Source of the DNA: Eledone cirrhosa
Taxonomy: Eukaryota
DNA length: 64,000 nucleotides
NCBI GenBank assembly: GCA_964016885.1
Contig: OZ024741.1
Coordinates: 61,132,001-61,196,000, forward strand
Reading direction: 5' to 3'
The notes under the pieces were generated by a model. The model worked only from the letters and a program-made list of their open reading frames with translations. It was not told the origin of the DNA and made no database searches. The position numbers were made by a program, and so were the translations under genes. This document shows positions 1-13,249 of this stretch, piece after piece. The first letter of the stretch is position 1. Each line of letters starts with the position of its first letter.

Positions 1-989
1 GTCGATTGAGTATTCCACAAACACGTGTACTCAACGTAATTTTCACACTGAATCAGTTGAAAAGGTTGACCTTTTGAATTACAGGAATTAATCCATCCGA
101 CGGGCATCCACATAGTCACCGTTCACTTAATTTTACTCATAAAGTTCAGATAATTCCAAGGCTACAGAAAAGATACTTGCTCAAGATGCCACGTAATTGA
201 GAAGTGAATGTCTTAACCACTCAGCCATATCGATAAAACAAGTAATAGTTGTTTGTATCAATTCCACTTGTGAGTATGGAACGTACCTCCACCGATTTTG
301 ACGATGAGAATTCTTGTTGATCGATCTACTGAACGGCCGAGGCATGAAATTAACGCCTAAGTTGCTGAGTATCCCACGGATACGTGCACTCTTAACATAA
401 TTCTCAAGAGGATTCAGCATGACACAATGCGTGATAAGGCTGGCCTTTTGAATTACAGGTACAATCCATCCAACAGGCTTCCACATAGTTTCCGTCTAAC
501 AAGTTTCACTCACATGATGCCACGAAATGACCTAATGATCGCGTTGCAATTTCCTCAACAATTTGGCCATGTTGCGTCCACATTTAATGGGCTAGATTCA
601 ATCAACCACACTATTCCTCAACGGTGTAACTTTGCACCCTATAAGTCAGTATACAGCCACTATATAGATACTATCAGCTTTATTTCCCATGGCTCAATCA
701 CTGGAAGATTATTCTCGTAATCTCCATACCAACGACTAGTTCTGCCGATATATTTTCTCAGTTTATATATACCAACTTCAAAGCTTTGTTCATGACTAAA
801 TCTTTTTCTCTACTTCACCATTTCGGTTGTTTTCAAACACCGATATCACCTGCCAAGCAAATAACTACTTACATGGAACTGGGTGGGGAGAGACCAAGAC
901 CCCCCCCCCTCCAATAATTATATTTTTCTCCCAAAACTACCGAAACATACATTTATTTGTATATGTGCTACAATTAATGTACGTTATGT

Positions 990-1745
990 AGACAGATGGG
1001 AGAGATAGATATATAGATATAGGGAGGGAGAGAGTTTGGTGGTAATTGATATAGAGAGGAAGGTTGGGAGACTGTGTTGTATATAGATATAAAGAGGGGG
1101 AGAGATTGATATTTATTGATATAGTATAGAGAAAGGTATTTGAAGAGAGTTCCGTGTAGTAGATATAGAGCGGGGGAGAGTTTGGCGTTAATTGATAAAG
1201 AGAAGGGGATTGAAAGAGAGTTCCTTGTAGTAGATATAGAGAGGGGCAGTGTTTGGTGTTAATTGATATAGAGAGGGATATTGGAAGAGAGTTGCGTATT
1301 CTAGATATATAAAGAGGGAGAGTTTGGTGACTATTGATATAGAGAGGGGGATTGGGAGAGTGTGTTGTATGGTAGATATAGAGAGGGGGAGGGAGATTGA
1401 TGTTTATTGATATAGAGAGGGTAATTAGAAGAGAGTTCCGTGTAGTGGATATAGAGAGGGGGAGAGTTTGTTGCTAATTGATATACAGAGGGAGAATGGA
1501 AGAGAGTACCTTGCAGTAGATATAGAGAGGGTGAGAGTTTAGGGGTGATTGATATACAGAGGGGTTTGGAAGAAATAATTGTAGATATTTATAGAAAGTG
1601 AGAGGCTTAAATACAGAGACTAGGATAAGAGAGGCGGTGTCGTGGTAGATATAGAGGGGGGTAGAGGTTTGTTTTAGTAGATACAGAGAGGGGGATTAAA
1701 AGAGAGTTTTGTGTAATAGACATAGAGAGGAGGAGTGTTTGGTGG
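990..1745 (+). repeat. Purine-rich minisatellite, ~29-30 bp degenerate unit with core GATATAGAGAGGG
   Basis: GATATAGAGAGG(G) recurs about every 30 bp with alternating spacers (GAGTTTGGTG.., TTGGAAGAGAGTT..). Confidence 0.85.
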
Positions 1746-1993
1746 CATTCTCAGGTTCAAAATCAGTAATAGCATAGTGCACGGGTGGGGACGATTATTC
1801 AAGGCCTGAGAGTACGTGAATTATTGACGGATGCAAGAATGAAAACTTAATACCGAAGTACAGTTTAAATATTCATTTATTATGGAGTTTATCTGGAGTC
1901 TCATCTGCGTACTCACCAGACAACACTGGTGATCCTGTGAGTGCACAGGTGAAACTTTACATAACAAAGCTCACCAATAGCCATAATAAATGA

Positions 1994-2065
<72 letters not shown>

Positions 2066-2266
2066 GCTCCGTGGTCTACGTAAATATATATATATAGAGA
2101 GAGAGAGAGGGAGAGAATAGAAAACGAAAAATCAGTGATGCATCTGAACAATAAATTGAGTTCAGATGCATCACTGATTTTTCGTTTTCTATTCTATCAT
2201 ACTCTGCTCTGTAAGAGCATAGAGTGCTGAACCGGCATACCGCCTATGGAAGCATGTTAGCCACCA

Positions 2267-2310
<44 letters not shown>

Positions 2311-2313
<3 letters not shown>

Positions 2314-2474
2314 ACGGAGGAGTTGTGGTAAGGAACCAGATGGACCATAACGCACCAGAGTACTCAATACTTAGGGTAGTAGAGTGGGTAATAGGAAAAG
2401 GTATGACCCCGACGGCAGAGCTCAGAATTAGCCGTCGAAACGGCTTGAGCTCTGCCGTCGGGGTCATACTTTTT

Positions 2475-2480
<6 letters not shown>
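2311..2480 (+). mobile_element. (TA)n-embedded asymmetric hairpin element, family A
   Basis: Unique tail, then inverted arms 2391-2424 / 2446-2479 (ATAGGAAAAGGTATGACCCCGACGGCAGAGCTCA); near-identical copies at 9458, 10382, 30510 and 49070. Confidence 0.8.
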
Positions 2481-2524
<44 letters not shown>

Positions 2525-2539
2525 TATATATATATAAAT

Positions 2540-2625
<86 letters not shown>

Positions 2626-3004
2626 GATGAGTAAATTGGGTATAATACCAGTTTCTTACCAAATGCGAAGAAGTTCGATATGATAACCCCTTAGGAAAGG
2701 GCATTTTTTAAAATTATATATACTGTGGCGGAGGAACTGGGGAAAGCATTTCCCCCTCCAGTAATTATATTTTCTCTCCAAACTACCAAAACACACATCT
2801 ATTTGGATATGCGTTACAATTTATGTACTTGTTATATTCAACGCATATTTTCTGACAAGTTTTCTGACAATTTTAGAGTGCAAAGAGCTAAACTAATCAC
2901 TACAACTAAATCCAAATTTGCACATACACCTCCCAATTCCGAAATGCTTCTACTACCCTTGAATATATCTTCTAGTTGTGGCATTGTATCATATTTTATC
3001 ATGT

Positions 3005-3326
3005 GAACGCACGTGGTTTATTGGTTAAGGCGTTCAGTTAACGATCATAAGGTCATACGTTCAATTCCTAAACTAGGTAGCACGTTGTGTCGTTGAACAA
3101 ACACTTTATTCGTCATTGTTCATAATCCACTCAGGTGGCAGAAGTGGGATATGCCTGTAATTCAAAAGGCCCAGCTTGTCACACACTTTGTCACAATGAA
3201 ATCTCTCTGCAAAGAACGTTGAGAGCACACGTGTACACGTATCTGTGGATTTCTCAGCTACTTGCACGCTAATTTCAGGAGTGGGCTGCTTCGATGTTCG
3301 AACAACTCGAACATCTGTCGTCAGAA

Positions 3327-3330
<4 letters not shown>
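3005..3330 (+). mobile_element. tRNA-derived SINE (same family as 60225-60545)
   Basis: A/B-box-like head (TGGTTAAGG...GTTCAATTCC) and body shared with 60225-60545. Confidence 0.7.
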
Positions 3331-3366
<36 letters not shown>

Positions 3367-3627
3367 TAATTGTTTCTACTTTTGGCACAAGGCCAGAATA
3401 TATATATATTAATAATATAAACCAATATATATATATACATATATTATGAAGTTTCAACGTTCCAGACTGGAACTAACTGTTGAAACGGCAAGACCTCAGC
3501 CATCAGATCCCTACTCTTTATAATATACTCATACTCTACTGCCTCAAGCCTCGAGTATTCTGTTGAGTAAAGGTTTAACTAGTTTTAAACTGGCTCTATC
3601 CGGATTATATATGTATATATATATATA

Positions 3628-4455
3628 AAAAATCTTTCCCCGAGTCCAACCATTTTCGTTGCTATGGCAATGTGGCTGGACTGCCGATCACTATATTTGA
3701 TTTGCAAAGCTGTCTAAACGTATTGTTATTACTCTGGGGTATTATTCTCTATCAAGTGCTAAAGCTACATTCCGAATTTGCATTCGTTAGCTTAGCCGCA
3801 GCCTAAAGCTTCGTTAATGCTGTACTAAAATTTGTATTTTAACTCCTAGAATTAACGATTAACTGATTAATTTAATTAGACAATTCTATTGATTGATTAA
3901 TTGTTTATGTTTGTTTGATAACTTCTGGTTGAGTGCTTATTCGGTTTGTCTAAGGGAATGTCATTCCTTTGTCTCAAATTTCGAATTCACCGCCAAAACC
4001 ACGTGTCTATAGCGAAATTTACTGCTAGAATACACCCGCAGAGGCTAAAGAACGCAAGACTTGTTGAAGAAGTAAATCCTTTGTTCTGTCGTCAAAGACC
4101 ACTAACTTGCAGACCCCTGCAAGCGGAATTAGTCGATCTCGGATTTACAGTAACCTAGCGTGAATGTTGTGTGTTGTATGTGATGTATATCGTATGCTAT
4201 ACGATATGCATTATATATTGCATTCGGTCTCCGCGCAATGGTCCAGGTCAGTCAAAAATCTTCTCCTGAGTCCAACCATTTTCATTGCTATGCAATGCTG
4301 CTGGACTGCCGATCGCTATATTTGATTTGCAAAGCTGTCTAAACGTATTGTTATTACTCTGGGGTATTATCGAGTGCTAACGCTACATTCCGAATTTGCA
4401 TTCGTTACCTTAGCCGCAGCCTAAAGCTTCGTTAATGCTGTACTAAAATTTGTAT
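3628..4455. mobile_element. Small non-coding element with ~200-bp terminal direct repeats, flanked by (TA)n
   Basis: 3628-3836 is repeated at ~4254-4455 (AAAAATCTT..GAGTCCAACCATTTTC...GCTGTACTAAAATTTGTA). Confidence 0.7.
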
Positions 4456-4553
4456 ATATATAGTAATAATAATAAATTTGAAGACTAAAATCCAAAGAGG
4501 GCTCGATAATCATAAATATATATCAAATATATAAGAACCGTAGAGCAAATATT

Positions 4554-4610
4554 TAGAGTTTCAGAAGATCCCGTTAAGGGTGAAAGCAGCGATTCTTTGC
4601 TTAAACTTTA
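4554..4610 (+). ncRNA. Degenerate type I hammerhead ribozyme (core CAGAAGA)
   Basis: TAGAGTTT-CAGAAGA-TCCC gttaa GGGT-GAAA-GCA..TGC-TT-AAACTTTA. Lies in a pLTR-like repeat (4463-4625) that recurs at 23757-23915 with the 5' core deleted. Confidence 0.55.
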
Positions 4611-4618
4611 ATCTGTTA

Positions 4619-4665
<47 letters not shown>

Positions 4666-5269
4666 TTTGGGAGCCCGTTGGATGGATGGATGGATGGATG
4701 GAGGGATGGTACCTGTAATTCAAAAAAGTGTCAACAGACCTCCACACTGAATCTCCCTGAGACTTAAGTAACGGGTACACATATTTGAGTGACGTTCACT
4801 CGCATTTTAATTTAATGTGCAGGATGTTCCGTTGATGGAACAACTCAGACATTCATCGTTGAAACCGACGGAGGTCCATTTCATGACAGTATATTGTATA
4901 TTTGCAGCCATTCGACCTTCGGGTGTTCAACACGCTATAACCTAATAATAGGAAACTTTCCGTGTTTTGTTTTGTTTTTTACTTTCTACATAAACGAAGA
5001 CATCTGAAGACTGTAAGAAAAGTATTCTTTAATACATAAGTTACGGCAAAAACCACCGTTTAATTCTTCGTAATCATTTACTATGCGACGGAGCGAGTGT
5101 CTGGTGCCAACAAACTTGAATAAATCTGCATAATTCCTTATTGATATTTGGATCAATACATCGAGAGATCAAGCAATGGAAAATGTAAAGAAAGACATAT
5201 AGATAGTTATATGAATACAAACAAGCATACACAGAGAAACATATGTATGTTTATATATATATATATATA

Positions 5270-5355
<86 letters not shown>

Positions 5356-6600
5356 CGAGTGAGAGGGAGGGAGAAAGAGAGAGAGAAGAAAATCAAGCCA
5401 TGTACAAAAATAGACATCATTAGGGTTATTTCGTTTGACTTTCGCCTGTTTTACAATTTTGATGTTTTCATTCTTAAATTTGGCTTTGAAACCTCGTTTG
5501 TCCAACGCTTAACTTTTAACACTTTGGTATGCATCTACTCCTCCAGATGTCTAGACTGTAATTTATTACTATCAGATAAGACATTCTCATAATTAATGAT
5601 GTAGTAAAATGTTTTACATATCCTTCCTTGTCTTTGATGTGGATTAAAACTGCAGCGACCCTTGCTATTATTGTCGCTAAAATGTCTCGGAGTTTCACTT
5701 TCAAAGCCTTCCGCTTCTACCAAGCAACTTTGTTGTGAATATAAACGGCTCCTATCGAAACAGTAAAGTTTGAGCTACATTATTACACTGGGTTATTGGT
5801 ACTTTTCTTTTCTTGTGACGAGAATAATACTAACACAATAACGTATTGCTTTTATTTATATATCATTAATCTACTGGCTCATAAATATCTCGGATTTGAT
5901 TCATACATCATTCACACAAGCACGTAGATGTTTATACAAACACATGCAGGTATAAACATCTTTCTAATACACAAACATATATATTTAGCAGTGGGCTGGG
6001 CTGAGTAGCTTTTGTTGTTGGTTGTTTGTTCGGTTTGTTGGTCGACTCCATGGAAACTGAATGAAGTCTGTCTTAGTGAGTCGAGAGAATTGTTGCTGTG
6101 ATGTCTTGTCGTGGTCGATGAAACCAGTAGTAGTAGTAGATGTTACTTGTGGTTGAAGGTTGAATGTGATGTCATGCAGGAAGTAGTTTCTCTGGTCACA
6201 TTGTTAAAAAGTTACAAAGCTGATATTGCATGCTTTACTTCGAAATCTTGTGTGAAACAAAGGAAATGTTTTTTTTAGATTAGTCAACCAACACAGACAT
6301 CAAAACTGCCTGACCAGCCGAGAAGTGGGGGAGTACGTGTTTGTGGAAGAGTGAGGAGCAGACTATCTACTGGGGTTAGATATCTCGTATTTATAAAGAC
6401 AGGGTCCCCTAACCAGTAAACAAATGATCCTTGATTGCTATCTACTCTGAAACAAAGAAAATATATCATATGGTCACTATGAATGCGCAAACTAAGAAAT
6501 TTCTACCGAATTTAAGTTGTCTGAGGTTAAAGGTCTGTGTGTGTTGATTTGTCACTATTTGGAAAATTCTCATTCGTTCGGGATTTTTCTCACTCACGCA

Positions 6601-6708
<108 letters not shown>

Positions 6709-6764
6709 TCTTTTGTTAGTACCATTATCAATACGTATACATGCACGCACACACACATACATTT

Positions 6765-8655
6765 CTTCTTTTTCTTCGCTCATTTAATATTGAGAGGATT
6801 GTGGAGGTAGAGTCCTCAAACATCCATTCCAATGAGTCCTGTCGGAAGCTACCGTTGCCAATTGATCCGGTTTGATCCCCAAGCGTTACAAGCTGATCCG
6901 ATGATTGTTATCCCCAACCATCTTGCTCAGAATCTACCTCTGGGTCTCCTACCGGTTGGTTTTGCCCGTAAAATCTGTCCAGGGATTCTTTCCTGAGACA
7001 TTGAGAATTCATGCCCGTAATATCGGAGCTGTGATATCTCAATTCAGAGAGGTAAGGCCTATACCTGAAGCGACTCTCTGATCTCCGAGCTACACTTTTT
7101 ATCGAATAACGTTACTCCAAAGATCCTTCGGGAGAACTCCATTCCGACCGTTTGTATTCGCAACCGGATTCTTTCGTCATTACCCAAAACTCATGACCAT
7201 AGGTAAGGGTTGGCACGAATACCGAATTGAAGATAGCGAGTCTAGCTATTACACTTACCTTCCTTCTTCTGAGGCGCATTACTGTCCCAGCTCCTGCAAT
7301 TATTGTACTTAATTCAGTCTCATGCCTTCCATCACGCATGAACACGGCCCCGAGTTACTTGGACTTCTCGGCTTGCTTCAATGGAACTTCCGTCGCAGTC
7401 TTTGCAGCGTTGATATTCATTCCAGTCGTGCAGCACTAGGCATCACACCTATCAAGTGCATGTCGGAAACCAACTTCTGGCGTGTTAAGTAATACCATGT
7501 CGTCTGCAAATTCCTGCCGACTGATCCTACACCTTCAAGTTGTGATATCACTTCCATCCAGGCTAAATATGTCAATCCTGTTCATGAAGATTATGAAAAG
7601 GAGAGGTGGCAGTACGTACCCTTAGCGGAGTCCGATTCCCACATTGAATGGTTTCGATTTAGCATCATTTATTCGAACACAAATGCTGGGGCATTCATAT
7701 AAAGATATCACGGCACTAACAAGCTGTCTATCGATGTCTATAAAGTAAGAATACACCCCTTGGCAGTAATCCTATGATTTCTCAATATTTAGTCGGCTGT
7801 GCTGTGTCTGGGGTGAAAATCGTAGTGTTCATCAGCTAGCTTGCACGCAACAATCTTCCTACATCTCTTTGCCAGACACTTAGCATAGACTTTACCAAGG
7901 AAGCTTAACAAGGAGATCCTTCTATAATTGAAGCAATATCTCTTGTCTTCCTTTTTAAAATTTGGGATTATAACTCTCGATTGCCATTGCTTAGTTTACC
8001 TTTACAGAGATCCAAGCCACATGACACACTATGAGTCAGCCAGAGAATGCATTCTCTATTTACGGTTTTTAACATATCGATCCGAAGTTCATCATCCCCA
8101 GCGGCCTTGTCACATTTGAGCTCTTTAATTGCTCTTGCGACCCCCAGCCTCCCAGAGATTAGTCATCGCTCCCAGATGCACCTCATGTACATTAAAAGAT
8201 GCTGTTATAATCGGATTTGGGATAACAGCAAATATTCTCTCCGCCTCATGAGGATGCACTTCTCTAAAGACAGAAGACGCCCCCACCCACCAACCCAGAC
8301 GCGTTCCTGATAGCAGGTATGGAGGAGGAAGTATTGCGAAGTCTGTGGATGGTCTGCCAGAACACCTAATTTGTTGATCTGAAGGCGGATTCAGGACTAA
8401 CCCCAAGGCCCTGCTATGTCTTAACTCTGGACGCCTTTAATATGTCTGCTGCGATTTTTCATGTCTGCATGTACCGCAAGTGCAAAAGGGAGGACTTATT
8501 TTCAAGCCAAGCTTTGTAGGCTTCCTTATTTGCTCGGATGACATATTTGACCATTTGATTAAATCAAAGAGATTTCCTGTCACCCGGCGCCACATCAAGT
8601 CACTTTCGCCCACAGCATTTAACAGTTGAAGCAGAAATTGCAGATTTAAACATGG
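6765..8655 (-). mobile_element. Decayed RTE-clade LINE: linker, RT and C-terminus with (GAA)n-like tail
   Basis: ORF 7112-7345 (IFNSVFVPTLTYGHEFWVMT) and FADD/GLR.G..L.PLLFIIFM remnants; many stops and frameshifts. Confidence 0.8.
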
Positions 8656-9045
8656 AAAAGTTTTATTGGAAAGAACGGCAATCCCAATCTAAATGCAAAT
8701 TGAGATGCCTTATTAGATCTATTCTACAATTATGAACACCTTCTGGAACAGAGACATCCATAAATATACATGGCATAAGGAAAAGCAGGAACAAAGATCA
8801 ATAATAGATTTTATTATTGTCTCTGATGTCTTCGATTCTGTGATGGATGTTCGTGTTAAGAGAGGTGCTGAGCTGTCAACTGATCATCATCTAATTACCT
8901 GCAGCTTGAGACTACCTAAAATCAAAGAAACTCAGAACTGGCAGGTTCAGCTCGATCTACAGAATGAAATGGGAAGCGTTGGAGGATAAGAAAGTCAGGA
9001 CCAGGTATGCGGATACTATTGCATGCATATTCAGAGAACTCCTTG

Positions 9046-9048
<3 letters not shown>
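8655..9048 (+). mobile_element. AP-endonuclease segment of the same RTE LINE, inverted
   Basis: MNTF..HKYTW..RSIIDFIIVS..DVRVKRGAELSTDHHL is the C-terminal APE motif set. Confidence 0.8.
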
Positions 9049-9127
<79 letters not shown>

Positions 9128-9457
9128 TACACACACATATATGTGTATGCGTATGGTTGTGTGTTTAAAGGGCGTGTATGTTAGTGTGTACATATGAAGA
9201 GATAGACATGCATGTCCAAGCATAATTATATACACACGTATTTCTATACATAAATTGATCTACATCAACATACATGCTCATGTGTGTGCTTTGATAAATA
9301 TACGGCTTATGATTGCCATAAGATTCCTAAACCAGTCATCCATACACTACATTATAAGACACACATACACACTCACACAGACACACTCACACACACAGAC
9401 ACAGACACACACAGACACACACACACACATACACACATATATATATATATATATATA

Positions 9458-9606
9458 TAACGAAGGAAGTGTAGTAAGGAACGAGGTGGACCATAACGCA
9501 CCAGAGTACTCAATACGTAGGGTAGTAGATTGGGTAATAGGAAAATGTGCAAGACCCCGACGGAAGAGCTCAAGCCGTTTCGACAAGCCGTCGAAACGGC
9601 TTGAAA
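9458..9606 (+). mobile_element. Family A hairpin element, truncated
   Basis: Matches 2311-2450. Confidence 0.75.
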
Positions 9607-9652
9607 TTAAAAAAAGAATTTATGTTGTTGACCTTAGTCTTTTGTCATATTG

Positions 9653-9686
<34 letters not shown>

Positions 9687-9865
9687 GAGATATCCACGGT
9701 AAGTTGTAGGGTCTAGTCTGCATGAAGAACTCAACATAATCCATATGTTGAAAATGTTTTAGGTTAAAATAAATCCCGGAAAACAATAAAACATTAAAAG
9801 GAAAACAGAGTGATGATATAAGTTAAAACAATGAAATAAAAATTCAAGTCATTAGAAATATACTT

Positions 9866-10007
9866 CACTGCTTTACGATCGTTTCTAGGTGATGATAATA
9901 CATCGTAGCCATACTTCGTTATCGATCTATGTAAGGTTAGTTACAAAATATCAGATAAGGAAAATATTTACTTACATGCATATCACCAGCTGTTGTCAAA
10001 AGCAATG
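9866..10007 (-). ncRNA. Degenerate hammerhead with very long helix II (relative of 63869-64000)
   Basis: Minus strand: CATTGCTT-TTGACAA-[~110 nt]-GAAA-CGATCG-TA-AAGCAGTG; 8-bp helix I; core has two transitions from CTGACGA. Confidence 0.55.
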
Positions 10008-10045
10008 GGAATTTTATTCAAAATTAGTAGTAAATTGAGTATATA

Positions 10046-10108
<63 letters not shown>

Positions 10109-10130
10109 TTGGTGCTCTGAAATAGCGATG

Positions 10131-10378
10131 TATATATGAATGTATATATAGTGTATTTTGTAATACACAGTATGCTTAATTAAAAGCATTTTGAAGACCT
10201 TACGCTATTGTTTTAAAGTAGAGACTATGTCACTTACTTCTTTTTTTAACAAACAAAGGTTGAAAAAAGAAGTAAGTGACATAGTCACTACTTTAAAATA
10301 ATAGCGTAAGGTCTTCAAAATGCTTTTAATTAAGCATACAGTGTATTACCAAATACACTATATATAGATTCATATATA
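10131..10378. repeat. Near-perfect inverted repeat (~120-bp arms) between (TA)n tracts
   Basis: TATATATGAAT...GTCACTTACTTCTTTTTTT is mirrored by AAAAAAAGAAGTAAGTGAC...ATTCATATATA. Confidence 0.85.
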
Positions 10379-10381
10379 TAT

Positions 10382-10521
10382 GTCCAGAAATAGCCGTCGA
10401 AACGGCTTGAGCTCTGCCGTCGGGGTCATACTTTCTCCTATTACCCACTCTACTACCCTAAGTATTTAGTACTCAGGTGCGTTATGGTCCATCTGGTTCC
10501 TAACCACAACTCCTTCGTTAT
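10382..10521 (-). mobile_element. Family A element, single arm plus tail
   Basis: Reverse complement of the 2311-2450 family. Confidence 0.75.
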
Positions 10522-10878
10522 ATATATCTACTATATAAGTCACGTTCTGTCTGTGTGTGTAAAGTATTATAACTTGCGTATTGTTCACCCGATCTCGCTA
10601 TAATTTTAAACATTGCCAAAGGAGGATGCAAGACGTGTCAATAACAACTATTTATTGCATAATTGTTACTTTCAAAGTGATAATCACCATTTTTCTAATC
10701 CTTGTGTGACTTGGCGTTAAAAAAATCTCCATTAGAACTGCCGTAAGCAGGAACGCGGTTGAGAAAGAGAAGGAAGTAGAAAGTGCAGAGTAGAAGAGAG
10801 AGAGGGACAGAAAAAGAAAGAGAGAGAATGTCTATAGGAGGGAAACAGCGACAGAAAGAAAGAGACAAAGAAAAAAGG

Positions 10879-10949
<71 letters not shown>

Positions 10950-11869
10950 CTGTGTGAGAGAAGGGACTGGCAAAAAGAGAGAGAAAGAAGAGGCTGTGTG
11001 AGAGGGGAAAGAAAGATAGAGTGAGACAGTAAGTAACCACATGTTGTGAGAAGAGAAGCAGACGACAATATAAAATATTAAACACGATATTAGAAAAATA
11101 TTTTTGTAAATATGACAATATTTTATATATACATACATGCATAGATAAATCTACATATACAATTGCATGTGTATAGTAAAAAATATATGTGTATGTACGC
11201 ATTTGAAAACACGTATACATAAATGAAGGTAGAAGTAAAATACGTATATAGTAGTTGATATACAACTATATACGCACATATAAATAAGAATATATACATA
11301 CATTAAAATATAAAAATGAAATGGTAAAATAATATAATAAAAATTAAAGATGAAAATTAAAATTAAAATTAAAATTAAAATAAATAACCTTATGCAAAAA
11401 AATATATATATAAATTATAAATGAATAAAAACAAACATAAAATAATCAAAAAGATAAAATAATAATAAAAATAAAAATAAAAATAATAATAATAAAAATG
11501 AAATAAAAACAAACATGCACACTTACGGACGTAAAGACAAATAACAAAAACAAAAGGCGAAGAAACAAAAAAACTAAAACTAAAACATAAAAACACTCAT
11601 AAAAAAGCATGATATACATATACATAAAAAGTTAGGGCTAAACACACAGTACACACACATACATACATATATGGCGACGTACACAAATATACATATACAC
11701 AAATACAGACATGAACATTTGAAAGCGTGCGCAAGCGTAAGGGGTGTGTGATATGTCAGACAAGGTATGTGACACAATGTCAGACAAGGTATGGATGCAT
11801 ATATAATAATATTAAAATTAATATTAAAATACAAATATTAATAAAATAGATGTTCTTTTGATCAATTAC

Positions 11870-11922
11870 ATTTTATTATACATATTTCGGAGGTACAACA
11901 CTACATCCTCATCAGACAAAAT
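11870..11922 (-). ncRNA. Minimal type I hammerhead ribozyme
   Basis: Minus strand: ATTTTGT-CTGATGA-GGA..TCC-GAAA-TATGTA-TA-ATAAAAT. Confidence 0.75.
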
Positions 11923-12282
11923 ATTATGATACATGACATACCCTGAGATGTTAAATGGTTAAGATTTAATCTAATACATATATAATAATACATATATAAT
12001 AATAAAAATAAAGAATAAAAATATATATGAAAAATGAAAAAATTAAAATACAGTAAAAATAGTAAGTAAAGTAAAACCATAAAGATAAAAATGAATATAT
12101 AAATGTATATTTATATCTATACGTATATGTGTGCATGTTTTTACTCACAACTCCGATAAACGCGGTACATTGAGAAAGAGAAGGAAGTAGAAAGTGCAGA
12201 ATAGAAGAGAGAGAGGGACAGAAAAATAAAGAGAGAGAATGGAGGGAAACAGTGACAGAAAGAAAGAGACAAAGAAAAAAGG

Positions 12283-12348
<66 letters not shown>

Positions 12349-12624
12349 CTGTGTGAGAGAAGGGACTGGCAAAAAGAGAAAGAAAGAATAGGCTGTGTGA
12401 GAGGGGAAAGAAAGAGAGAGTGAGACAGTAAGTAACCACATGTGAGAAGAGAAGCAGACGACAATATAAAATATTAAACACGGTATTAGAAAAATATTTT
12501 TGTAAATATGACAATAATTAATATATGCATGCATAGATAAATACATACATATGTTTACAGGTATATATATATATTTTATATATACATACATGCATAGATA
12601 AATACATACATATGTTTACAGGTA

Positions 12625-12655
<31 letters not shown>

Positions 12656-13249
12656 CGCCATTTTTCTAATCCTTATGGGACTTTTGCATTCAAAATCTTC
12701 ATTAGAAATCCTATAAACAGCAACCAGGTAAATTTCTTTGATTTGATTTGTTTCAGATTTATTCAAGTACAGATTTTCGATGAGATCGAGTCCCGTTCTG
12801 TCTGTGTGTGTAAAGTATTATAACTTGCGTATTATTCACCCGATCTCTTAAAATTTTACACATTGCTAAAGGAGGATGCGAGATGTTTTTATAATAGAAA
12901 CATAACCACTTTAGATGACGCTGTATATTGTGTATTACAATACTCTTTTATTAATTAGCACTGATGAACTGTAATACTTCTAGAACCTACAAGGTAGACA
13001 AGTATTGTACTCAGTAATTTGATTGCCGATGTCACGGAATATAGTTGCTGTAAGCGACAATTCCTTAACGACATATGCATAACATTTACAGCATTGTGTT
13101 TCACAATTTCTTCTCGGTGATCAGTCAGTTTGTAATGATATTTTCTTTATAGCTCATTGAACATTTGCAGTGGGTTCTGTAGTATATCAGTCTCTGGTTG
13201 ACAGTTAATGATTTGTTTCAGATTTATTCAATTACAGGTTTGCCATAGA

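Noticed and set aside
2415-2455. Hammerhead in family A (GTCGAAACGGC)
   Set aside because: No CUGAnGA core; the pairing is explained by the palindrome alone.
12960-12990. Isolated CTGATGA (similar lone cores at ~5023, ~30345 and ~37755)
   Set aside because: No matching GAAA and helix set.
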